A stretch of DNA of 36,477 nucleotides from an uncultured Candidatus Saccharibacteria bacterium (GTDB lineage Bacteria; Patescibacteriota; Minisyncoccia; Minisyncoccales; CSSED10-335), in the NCBI GenBank assembly GCA_964543755.1, contig CAZIZF010000001.1, positions 1 through 36,477 on the forward strand, in the 5' to 3' direction. A program made the translations under genes and the position numbers. The notes below the pieces were generated by a model, which saw only the letters and a list, made by a program, of their open reading frames with translations, was not told where the DNA came from and ran no database searches. The stretch's first letter is position 1. The number at the start of each line of letters is the position of its first letter. Positions 8,402 through 15,920 of the stretch are shown here, piece by piece.

Positions 8402-8423
8402 GTGGGTCAATCTTTGATACAAT
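8395..8423 (+). promoter_or_regulatory. Candidate promoter for the PEGA-domain gene (TTGGCA-N17-TACAAT)
   Basis: The -35 TTGGCA is at 8395-8400 and the -10 TACAAT at 8418-8423, with an exact 17-nt spacer. A second TACAAT lies at 8432-8437. Confidence 0.4.
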
Positions 8424-8450
8424 ATTCATAATACAATCTAACTTCTTGCT

Positions 8451-9788
8451 ATGAACCGAAAAACAAGATCATTTCTATTTTTATTCCTTGTTTTAATATT
8501 TTTAATTGCCGCGCCTTCAGCGGTGCTTTATTCCCAGGGATATAGATTGGATCTTGAAAATCTCCGTATTGTACAGACCGGAGGTTTTTACTTCAAGGTT
8601 GTTCCACAAAATGTAAATATTATTATAACTCCCGAAAACAGACGTAAAATAATTAAAAGTGATACCGATTTCTTCTTTGGCACTTCATATATCAGAAATC
8701 TGCTTCCTGGAAAATATAATTTAACTGTCACGAAAGAGGGATATCATTCCTGGTATAAATCGTTAAAAATTGAAGAAAAGATGGTAACTGAAATAAAAAA
8801 TATAATACTAATTCCAAAAGATCTGGATTTCACCATCATTAAAAAAGATGTCTCTAATATCTTTCCTCTCTCTCACCGAAGAGAAATTGTAATAAAAGAA
8901 CTAATTAATGATAAAGAATGGCAATTAACACTTTACGATCCAGTAAGAAACTCATCAAAACAATTAATATCTTCCAAAAAAGTCTCGGGAAATCCTTTGT
9001 CTGTTTTCTCCTCCCCCAGAAGAGATGAATTCTTGATTGATATGGGGTCTCACTATCTGGTCATCAATTCTGCTAATGAGACCCACTATATAATCAACGA
9101 TATCACCGATCCACTCCTTCATCCCAGAAAAGCAAACTCTCTCATCTATCTTGAAGACGGCAACCTATCCTTATATAACTACCTAGACAACACTAGATCA
9201 ATATTGGCTGAGGAAGTTGAGACTTTTGGTATAAGAGAAGATGGCGATATTGTTTGGCTCTCTCACAACGGACTTCTTTTTAAGAATGGAGATCACATCC
9301 GAAACAGGTCGTTTTTAATGAATAAAGAATCGGAATACCGCATCTTACTCCCCAATCTCTCTGAGATCGCAATCATTGAGGATAATACTTTCTATTTCTT
9401 GAACAACGGTGATTTTAAAGAGATCTTCCAATCACACCAAAAGCCAGTTCCATCACCAGATCGCAGAAAACTTGCTCTCTATAGCAACCATGAGATAAAT
9501 GTCCTCTATTTAGATGACATAACAGAACAGCCCAATAAGAAACGTTGGGAAAATTCATTTCTTACCAGATTCTCCGGGAGAGTTGATAACGTTGAATGGT
9601 TAAATAATCACCATCTCATTTTTAATGTTGAAGATGAGATAAAGATAATTGAGATTGATGATCGCGACCATATTAATATAATTGATGTGGCTAGTTTACC
9701 CAATCCAAAGCCCTATTTTGACAGAACCACTAATCAACTCTATGTCCTCAGTGATGGTAATCTATTCGTCTCAAGGGTCTTGTTTTAA
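8451..9788 (+). CDS. Membrane-anchored PEGA-domain protein with a beta-rich C-terminal region
   Basis: 445 aa. N-terminal TM helix (FLFLFLVLIFLIAAPSAVL). PEGA-like segment (LLPGKYNLTVTKEGYHSWYKSLKIEE). The C-terminal region has repeated beta-strand-like segments. It is the only complete plus-strand gene in the window. Confidence 0.6.
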   Translation: MNRKTRSFLFLFLVLIFLIAAPSAVLYSQGYRLDLENLRIVQTGGFYFKVVPQNVNIIITPENRRKIIKSDTDFFFGTSYIRNLLPGKYNLTVTKEGYHSWYKSLKIEEKMVTEIKNIILIPKDLDFTIIKKDVSNIFPLSHRREIVIKELINDKEWQLTLYDPVRNSSKQLISSKKVSGNPLSVFSSPRRDEFLIDMGSHYLVINSANETHYIINDITDPLLHPRKANSLIYLEDGNLSLYNYLDNTRSILAEEVETFGIREDGDIVWLSHNGLLFKNGDHIRNRSFLMNKESEYRILLPNLSEIAIIEDNTFYFLNNGDFKEIFQSHQKPVPSPDRRKLALYSNHEINVLYLDDITEQPNKKRWENSFLTRFSGRVDNVEWLNNHHLIFNVEDEIKIIEIDDRDHINIIDVASLPNPKPYFDRTTNQLYVLSDGNLFVSRVLF

Positions 9789-9825
9789 CCAACTAAAAAA
9801 CGCCTTTCAACAGTTTTCAATATCA

Positions 9826-10311
9826 TTATCTCTTCTTCCATTGAGGAGCTCTTCTAGCTCTCTTAAGACCAAACTTATACCTCTCTCTTTTTCTGGGATC
9901 CCTAGTGAGGAATCCCGCCCCCCTAAACTTCTTCTTAAATTCAACATTAAAGAGAACTAATGCTCGCGATATGCCATGCCGGACAGCTTCAGATTGTGAG
10001 CTAATCCCTCCGCCAGAGACCTTCACAACTACCCTGAACTTATCCATATACTTTACCTTTTTAAGAGGCGCAATACAGGTTTCCTGGAGTATCTTAGTTG
10101 GAAAATACTCATCGTAGGCCTTGTCGTTTATCACAACCTCCTTTTTTCCACTCACATAGAAACGAACCCTAGCAACAGATGTCTTCCTTCTTCCTACGGC
10201 TTCAAAATAGGTATCTTTATTAATTTTATTAATATCAATCTCATTAATAATTAGATCATCAGTGAGCTCTTCTTCCTTCTTATCCTTTATTACTGTTTTA
10301 TCCTCACTCAT
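9826..10311 (-). CDS. rpsI: 30S ribosomal protein S9 (with an acidic N-terminal extension)
   Basis: The C-terminal ~125 aa is canonical S9 (GRRKTSVARV ... RAPQWKKR). About 35 extra acidic residues sit at the N-terminus. Confidence 0.93.
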   Translation of the reverse strand: MSEDKTVIKDKKEEELTDDLIINEIDINKINKDTYFEAVGRRKTSVARVRFYVSGKKEVVINDKAYDEYFPTKILQETCIAPLKKVKYMDKFRVVVKVSGGGISSQSEAVRHGISRALVLFNVEFKKKFRGAGFLTRDPRKRERYKFGLKRARRAPQWKKR

Positions 10312-10312
10312 C

Positions 10313-10663
10313 TTATTTCTTTATCGTTAACCTTTTAATCATATCTACTCTCAGTTTGTTTTTAGGAAGCATCCCCATCACAGCCTTACGAAGAACCTCT
10401 CCTGGTTTTCTATTCTCTAAATCCCTCATAATCTCTTCTTTAAGATTACCAAGATAACCACTATGACGATAGTATTTCTTCTGATCCTCCTTTTTTCCGG
10501 TCAACTTGACTTGACTCAGATTCTCAACAACAACAAAATCACCTGTATCCTTATGGGGAGTAAAATCAGGTTTCTGTTTTCCCCTTAACAAAATAGATAT
10601 CTGTGTCGCCAATCTCCCGAGCGACTTTCCTTTAGCATCAATTTTATGGGTCTCTCTTTGCAT
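10313..10663 (-). CDS. rplM: 50S ribosomal protein L13 (compact)
   Basis: 116 aa. Motifs GKSLGRLAT, TPHKDTGD and MLPKNKL. Lies upstream of rpsI as in the conserved L13-S9 pair. Confidence 0.92.
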   Translation of the reverse strand: MQRETHKIDAKGKSLGRLATQISILLRGKQKPDFTPHKDTGDFVVVENLSQVKLTGKKEDQKKYYRHSGYLGNLKEEIMRDLENRKPGEVLRKAVMGMLPKNKLRVDMIKRLTIKK

Positions 10664-10670
10664 ATTTTTA

Positions 10671-11018
10671 CTAAATTAGCTCTATAAAAGCCATCTTAGC
10701 TCCGTCACTCTTTCTAGCCCCCGCCTTTATTATCCTAGTATATCCTCCCTGCCTCTCTTTATACCTCGGCGCAATCTCTTCCACCACCTTCTTAGTAACA
10801 TCCTCGGAAAAAACCTTTAATAATTCCCTCCTAGAATGAATGGTTCCCATCTTTGCCTTGGTTATCTGTTTTTCTATAAAAGATGATACCTCTTTTGCCT
10901 TGCTTTCAGTCGTCTTTATCTTCTCGTTTAGTATAAGTCCTCGGGCCAAAGATGCCAAAAGCGCCTTCCTCTGATCCCTCTCCCTTGATAGTATTCTTCC
11001 TTTTACTCTCTTTCTCAT
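10671..11018 (-). CDS. rplQ: 50S ribosomal protein L17
   Basis: 115 aa. L17-like sequence (ALLASLARGLI..I.TT..KAKE; GGYTRI). Follows rpoA. Confidence 0.92.
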   Translation of the reverse strand: MRKRVKGRILSRERDQRKALLASLARGLILNEKIKTTESKAKEVSSFIEKQITKAKMGTIHSRRELLKVFSEDVTKKVVEEIAPRYKERQGGYTRIIKAGARKSDGAKMAFIELI

Positions 11019-11020
11019 GA

Positions 11021-11929
11021 TTATTTTAATTCAAGCCCAAGTTTCTTAAGTCCTTTCTTAATCTCTTCAATCCCTTTCTCTCCTATTCCCTCAAGTTTCA
11101 GCAGAGATTCCTCACTTCTTTTAGCAAGTCCTACTGAAGTCTTAATATTATTCTCAATCAATATCTTAACTATTTTTGGAGAGATGTCCATATCTTCCAC
11201 CTTAATCTTCTCATCACTGATCTCTTCCTCTTCTTTTTTAATAATCTCCTCTCTTTCTCCAATGAGAGCCGAAAAATGGTCTATTAATATCTGTGACGCC
11301 TCCTTAAAAGCATCCTCAGGATCAATGGTTCCATCGGTTTCTATCTCTAAAAAGAGTCGGTCAAAATCAGTCCTCTTCCCAACTCTCATATTCTCCACCC
11401 TGAAATTAACATTTTTGATCGGGGTAAATATTGAATCAATTGATATCTGTCCAATGTCAAGCTTATTCCTTTTGTCTTGTTTAGCGATCACAAAACCTAA
11501 GCCCTTTTCAATCCTGAGTTCCATATTCAACTCGGACTTCTTATCGGTTAAAGTAGCAATGTGCATTTCTTTATTAATTAGATCCAATTGGGTTGGCACA
11601 TCAAAATCAGAACCCTTGACCTCCTTTTCCCCTTTAACCTTTAAAGTGACTATTTGAGGTTCGTCGGAATGCATCTTGAACCTGAGCTTCTTGATATTGA
11701 GGATTATAGAGACGACGTCCTCAAGTACTCCCTTTATAGTTGAAAACTCATGCTGAACACCCTCTATCTTCACTTGAGTTACCGCCGCACCTTCAAGTGA
11801 GGAGAAGAGAACTCTTCGAAGACTATTCCCGATGGTCGTCCCATAACCGGGATAAAGACCCTCTATTTCAAGGACCGCCTTATAATCCTCTTTTTGAATA
11901 ACTTTTGGCTTAGAAGGTAAAGGTATCAT
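11021..11929 (-). CDS. rpoA: DNA-directed RNA polymerase alpha subunit
   Basis: 302 aa. N-terminal domain GYGTTIGNSLRRVLFSSL. C-terminal helix-hairpin-helix domain. Canonical position after rpsD. Confidence 0.94.
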   Translation of the reverse strand: MIPLPSKPKVIQKEDYKAVLEIEGLYPGYGTTIGNSLRRVLFSSLEGAAVTQVKIEGVQHEFSTIKGVLEDVVSIILNIKKLRFKMHSDEPQIVTLKVKGEKEVKGSDFDVPTQLDLINKEMHIATLTDKKSELNMELRIEKGLGFVIAKQDKRNKLDIGQISIDSIFTPIKNVNFRVENMRVGKRTDFDRLFLEIETDGTIDPEDAFKEASQILIDHFSALIGEREEIIKKEEEEISDEKIKVEDMDISPKIVKILIENNIKTSVGLAKRSEESLLKLEGIGEKGIEEIKKGLKKLGLELK

Positions 11930-11948
11930 AATTTAGTTAATTTATTTA

Positions 11949-12581
11949 TTATTTAGAATAAAATTCAAAAACAGCCGAGGTCTCCACAGGAACACCAGCC
12001 TCTTCCGCTGTAGGAAAAGTGATGACTTTTCCTTTTAATTCATCCTTATTAAGAAAAAGCCATGCGGGCGGATTAAATCCCTTAAGAGATTCTTTGATTT
12101 TTTTCCCTTTACTTCCTTTAGACTTGAGCTTCATCTCAATCTCATCTCCCGGTTTTAACCTATAGGAAGGAATATCTACTTTTCTTCCATTAACCATAAA
12201 ATGACCATGATTGACGAGCTGTCGAGCCTCAGATCTTGAAGGAGCAAATCCCATACGACAAACAACATTATCTAATCTACTTTCAAATCTCATGATAAGC
12301 TGATCACCTGTATCAACCTCAACCTGACTCTTTTTGCTGGCCAGGATATCTTTAACATAGGAACTGAACTGTTTCTCACTGAGGTTGTACCAATTCCTGA
12401 GCTTCTGTTTTTCCATAAGACCTTTTCCATATTCTGATATCTTCTTTCCCCTCTTCTTGGTCCTTATTCCCGGAGGATAGTTTCTCTTGACTATCTCACA
12501 TTTCTGGCTAAAACAACGCTCCCCTTTCAAAAAGAGTTTAGTTCCTAATCTTCTGCATATTTTACATCTTGGACCTATCAT
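11949..12581 (-). CDS. rpsD: 30S ribosomal protein S4 (zinc-ribbon type)
   Basis: S4 motifs and an N-terminal CKICRR..C..KC cluster. The tracked start at 12614 is a TTG inside rpsK. The ATG at 12581 lies 2 nt after the rpsK stop. Confidence 0.92.
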   Translation of the reverse strand: MIGPRCKICRRLGTKLFLKGERCFSQKCEIVKRNYPPGIRTKKRGKKISEYGKGLMEKQKLRNWYNLSEKQFSSYVKDILASKKSQVEVDTGDQLIMRFESRLDNVVCRMGFAPSRSEARQLVNHGHFMVNGRKVDIPSYRLKPGDEIEMKLKSKGSKGKKIKESLKGFNPPAWLFLNKDELKGKVITFPTAEEAGVPVETSAVFEFYSK

Positions 12582-12583
12582 AA

Positions 12584-13033
12584 TTATACTCTTCTTGGTT
12601 TTCTCGGGCGACAACCGTTATGAGGTATCGGGGTTATATCTTTTATAGCAGTAATATCAAAACCCCTCGCAGCCAACGCTCTAATAGCGGAATCCCTTCC
12701 TCCGCCAACTCCTTTAACAAAGATACTAATCTTCTCAATTCCAACCTTCTGGGCTTTCTGAGTAAGAACCTCTGCCACCTTAGAAGCGACAAACGGAGTT
12801 GACTTTTTGCTTCCACGAAACCCTATATTCCCCGCCGTTGTCCATGCCAAGACATTCCCCTGAGTATCTGTAAGGGTGAGGATTGTGTTGTTATAGGAGC
12901 AGGAGATATAGACTCGACCCTCACCAAATCCCCGAATCTTATGCTTCACCTCTTTTTTCATCTCTTGGTCAATCTTCTCTTTCTCAGTATCAACTACTTC
13001 TTTTGTTTTATCTATAACCCTCTTTTTTCCCAT
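12584..13033 (-). CDS. rpsK: 30S ribosomal protein S11 (with a Lys/Glu-rich N-terminal extension)
   Basis: The C-terminal ~115 aa is canonical S11 (NNTILTLTD..GN, TPFVA, DITPIPHNGCRP.K.RRV). Confidence 0.93.
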   Translation of the reverse strand: MGKKRVIDKTKEVVDTEKEKIDQEMKKEVKHKIRGFGEGRVYISCSYNNTILTLTDTQGNVLAWTTAGNIGFRGSKKSTPFVASKVAEVLTQKAQKVGIEKISIFVKGVGGGRDSAIRALAARGFDITAIKDITPIPHNGCRPRKPRRV

Positions 13034-13037
13034 CTTT

Positions 13038-13427
13038 TTATTTAGCCGTAGGGGCAGGTTTCCTTCCAGATCCCACGGTCTTCCTTACGTTTCCTCTAAC
13101 TGTTCTACTGTTAGTTTTGGTGCGTTGCCCTCTTACTGTCAATCCCTTACTATGCCGAGAACCTCTCCAACTCCCTATCTCTTTGAGTCGTTTGATATTC
13201 ATCATTATCTTTTTCCTAAGGTCTCCTTCAACTTCATAATTCTTCTCAATCGCTTCCTTGAGCTTCTGTACTTCCTCAACAGTCAATTCCGATGTTTTCT
13301 TAGTCTTTTCTATCCCGACCTCGTCCAATATCTTCCTACTCAAGCAAAGACCGATTCCTAAAATATATGTTAGGGATCTTTCAATCTTCTTATTCTCAGG
13401 TATGTTTACTCCAGCAATTCTTGGCAT
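13038..13427 (-). CDS. rpsM: 30S ribosomal protein S13
   Basis: 129 aa. MPRIAGVNIP start and GQRTKTN motif. Confidence 0.94.
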   Translation of the reverse strand: MPRIAGVNIPENKKIERSLTYILGIGLCLSRKILDEVGIEKTKKTSELTVEEVQKLKEAIEKNYEVEGDLRKKIMMNIKRLKEIGSWRGSRHSKGLTVRGQRTKTNSRTVRGNVRKTVGSGRKPAPTAK

Positions 13428-13429
13428 AA

Positions 13430-13546
13430 TTATCCTTGTCTTTGTTTATGTTTCTTATTTGACGAGCATATCACATAGACACGACCTTTTCGCCGAACAA
13501 CCTTACAATCCTTACAAATTTTCTTTACCGATGACCTTATTTTCAT
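13430..13546 (-). CDS. rpmJ: 50S ribosomal protein L36 (not in the ORF track)
   Basis: Manual translation of the minus strand gives [38 protein letters not shown] plus a stop. It has the CxxC...C....H zinc pattern and sits in the canonical position between infA and rpsM. Confidence 0.9.
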   Translation of the reverse strand: MKIRSSVKKICKDCKVVRRKGRVYVICSSNKKHKQRQG

Positions 13547-13573
13547 TTATAAATAAAAAAATAAACTAAAAAG

Positions 13574-13795
13574 TTATTTCTTTCTGTAAACAATTCTCCC
13601 CCTGTTATCATTGGGATCACTCATCTCAACAGTGACAATGTCTCCCGGAAAAACCTTAATCCGGTACATTCGCATCTTCCCTGCTAAATGAGCTATTATC
13701 TCACCACCTTCATCTAATTGAATCTTGAAGTGAGCGTTGGGAAGCGATTCAATGACCGTCCCCGTCTTTTGTATAACTCCTTTCTTGTTATTCAT
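13574..13795 (-). CDS. infA: Translation initiation factor IF-1
   Basis: S1-like IF-1 sequence (GTVIESLPNAHFKIQLD..., GRIVYR). The tracked first codon at 13796-13798 is a TTG, and the ATG follows directly at 13793-13795. Confidence 0.93.
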   Translation of the reverse strand: MNNKKGVIQKTGTVIESLPNAHFKIQLDEGGEIIAHLAGKMRMYRIKVFPGDIVTVEMSDPNDNRGRIVYRKK

Positions 13796-13806
13796 CAATA
13801 ACTAAG

Positions 13807-13835
13807 AGAATATCAAAAACTTTGATTAAAGTCAA
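13807..13835 (-). promoter_or_regulatory. Candidate infA promoter (TTGACT-N17-TATTCT, TG-extended)
   Basis: On the minus strand, the -35 is at 13830-13835 and the -10 at 13807-13812, with a 17-nt spacer. A TG lies one base upstream of the -10. The -10 is 11 nt from the ATG. Confidence 0.4.
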
Positions 13836-13887
13836 GTGCTCTAGACAATGAAATTAATCCAAAAAATAATTTATTTTCATAAAAAGA

Positions 13888-14637
13888 TTAAACCATAAAT
13901 CCTACCATAGCTCCTAAGAGACAAAGCAGTCCAAAGATTAAAGCAAACTTAGAAAAATCTATCTTATTCGCTATAGTTATTAAGAAATGTAAACTTCCCA
14001 AACCAACTAAAAAACTAAAAACCAAAGCTGGCCAAGCCGCAAAAATTAAACCTGAATTTGTAAGAAAAAAATAACTGCTAGAAGCTAAAACCACTGGAAC
14101 TGACATCATATAGGAGATTTTTAGAATTTCAGAAGGAGAAAGTTTGCCTAGTGATAAGCCAAAGATAGTTGCCCCTGACCTAGAGAAGCCAGGGATTACT
14201 GCCAACCCTTGCAAGAATCCAGTAATAATTGCTAGCTTATTAAAACCTATTTCAAGTTTTTTCCCTTTTTTCTGGAAATAAGCGGTTAATAAAAGCGCAA
14301 AACCCATAATCACTAAAAACATATTCCCCACCGCTATGTTTATAACCAATTTGTAAAGTAGATATCCAATAACTAAAGAGATGATCGTGGTAATTATTAA
14401 AAAACGAAGCAATTTGGGATTCTTTAATATCGCAACTTCTTTCCAATCCTTTCTGAAGTAAATCAAGACGGCAAAAAAAGTTCCGATATGTAAGAATAAA
14501 GCAATATCAATCGGATTAAATTCTTCTATTAAAAATTTACTAGCTAAAGCTACAATTCCTTGACTAGAGACAGGGAGCCATTCAAATATCCCTTGAAGAA
14601 TTCCTAAGATAGCATAGTGGATAAAAGTTGAGTCCAT
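13888..14637 (-). CDS. uppP: Undecaprenyl-diphosphate phosphatase
   Basis: 249 aa, polytopic. UppP/BacA motifs FEWLPVSSQG and IPGFSRSGATI. Confidence 0.88.
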   Translation of the reverse strand: MDSTFIHYAILGILQGIFEWLPVSSQGIVALASKFLIEEFNPIDIALFLHIGTFFAVLIYFRKDWKEVAILKNPKLLRFLIITTIISLVIGYLLYKLVINIAVGNMFLVIMGFALLLTAYFQKKGKKLEIGFNKLAIITGFLQGLAVIPGFSRSGATIFGLSLGKLSPSEILKISYMMSVPVVLASSSYFFLTNSGLIFAAWPALVFSFLVGLGSLHFLITIANKIDFSKFALIFGLLCLLGAMVGFMV

Positions 14638-14649
14638 CTTATCAAAAAA

Positions 14650-15885
14650 TCAACGGTCATCAAATCTTACATTAATCCTTATCCTATCCGACGAGGGCAT
14701 CCTCTTAAGCCATGACGGTCTGGGATGAATCTCAACATCTTTTATCTTATCATAATCAGCCAGCGCAATCCTCGCCTCCTCAATAGTCATATTATCAACT
14801 TCTTTCCTGATAAGATCTTCTCTAATTACAGGATGCGCAATAGCAGAAGCATCAACCTCAAGCAGTATACTTCCGTCATCCATCCTTCTTAGGTCAGCTT
14901 CATAACTAAAATCCAAACTCTCTCTCCATATCTCCTTTCCCAAGAACATCGGATCAATATTCTCTTCACTTAATTGATTTAGAAGAATATCACTTAAAAA
15001 ATCTTCCATCTCGTCCTTTTTGAAGGTAAGAATTCTTGCCTCTATCTCTAAAGAATAATCAAATGATTCATGTTTCTCCCCTGCCTCAGGTCTTACGAAT
15101 TCCGTAATCACGTTAATTTCCATCATCTCTTCATCAAAAACGAATTCCGGGGAAGTCGCCATCATCTCTTCCCTTGCACTCTCTATGGCAGCCGATAAAA
15201 GAATTTCCCTGGCCGTCTCAACATCAGCAGTAGTGATCATCGGCAATTCACCGATAAATCCTCCTGTAATAGGTTCTAAATTCTCAGCATAGATAGTTGT
15301 AAACATCGGAGTGCCCTGAAGACCTGGGATTGAAAACTTAGAAGTCCTATCAATATTGTATTCCATCCCCGCCTCAACAGCCCGAACTCTTACATCGGCA
15401 TAACCCGGTATATTTCCCGACCTACCAGGAATTGTAACACTCTCTGTTGACCTGAATAGTTTTCCATCAGCAGATACAAATCTGGTCTCCGCAACTAAAG
15501 TTTGCGAACGTCCTGAATGGTTATTATAGACCCTAAGTGTACCCTCGGCTCGCCTCTCATCCATCTCCTTGCCCGAGGCAAAAAAAGTCTTAGACTCTTC
15601 TTTCTTAACAACAAAAAGTCTTCCAGGTATAACCCCTGCATCAATATCGTAATGAAAATAGTCTGACCTCACTTTAATAGTTCCTGAATACTCAACGCTT
15701 TGGGTTTTTGGCCAGATATTAATATCAACCCTTAATAGAGAGAAATATCCTAAAATAGAGATTATTAAAATAACAGGAACAACCAACAAAATCCACTTTT
15801 TGGATTGAGGCCGAGAAGAGTGTTTCTTGCTCTTCATCTCTGGTCTAGAATTAGGAGGGAATATGTCATATACTTTTTTTGCCAT
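14650..15885 (-). CDS. Hypothetical membrane-anchored extracytoplasmic protein (possibly baseplate-J-like fold)
   Basis: 411 aa. It has a basic N-terminus and one TM helix (WILLVVPVILIISILGYFSLL). The segment AEGTLRVYNNHSGRSQTLVAETRFVSADGKLFRS...VRVRAVEAGMEYNI recalls Baseplate_J-type proteins from memory only. It is separated from uppP by a 12-nt gap. Confidence 0.5.
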   Translation of the reverse strand: MAKKVYDIFPPNSRPEMKSKKHSSRPQSKKWILLVVPVILIISILGYFSLLRVDINIWPKTQSVEYSGTIKVRSDYFHYDIDAGVIPGRLFVVKKEESKTFFASGKEMDERRAEGTLRVYNNHSGRSQTLVAETRFVSADGKLFRSTESVTIPGRSGNIPGYADVRVRAVEAGMEYNIDRTSKFSIPGLQGTPMFTTIYAENLEPITGGFIGELPMITTADVETAREILLSAAIESAREEMMATSPEFVFDEEMMEINVITEFVRPEAGEKHESFDYSLEIEARILTFKKDEMEDFLSDILLNQLSEENIDPMFLGKEIWRESLDFSYEADLRRMDDGSILLEVDASAIAHPVIREDLIRKEVDNMTIEEARIALADYDKIKDVEIHPRPSWLKRMPSSDRIRINVRFDDR

Positions 15886-15891
15886 AGTATA

Positions 15892-15920
15892 AGAATAGCT
15901 TTAATTTTAATTAAAATCAA
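15892..15920 (-). promoter_or_regulatory. Candidate promoter for the 411-aa gene and uppP (TTGATT-N17-TATTCT)
   Basis: On the minus strand, the -35 is at 15915-15920 (overlapping the alaS stop) and the -10 at 15892-15897, with a 17-nt spacer. Only 6 nt separate the -10 from the ATG at 15885. Confidence 0.4.

Noticed and set aside
9789-9825. A bidirectional terminator in the convergent gap between the PEGA-domain gene and rpsI.
   Set aside because: I could find no convincing inverted repeat or GC-rich stem in the 37-nt gap.
12582-12614. N-terminal extensions of tracked ORFs into the preceding gene: rpsD to 12614, rplX to 25480, rplB to 28942, rplD to 29923, mreB to 3532, murA to 8372, infA to 13798 and rplV to 27885.
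   Set aside because: Seven of the eight extended starts are TTG or GTG codons, checked in the sequence. The rplV one is an ATG inside rpsS. The conserved protein N-termini begin at the downstream ATG, which also sits just after the upstream gene's stop.
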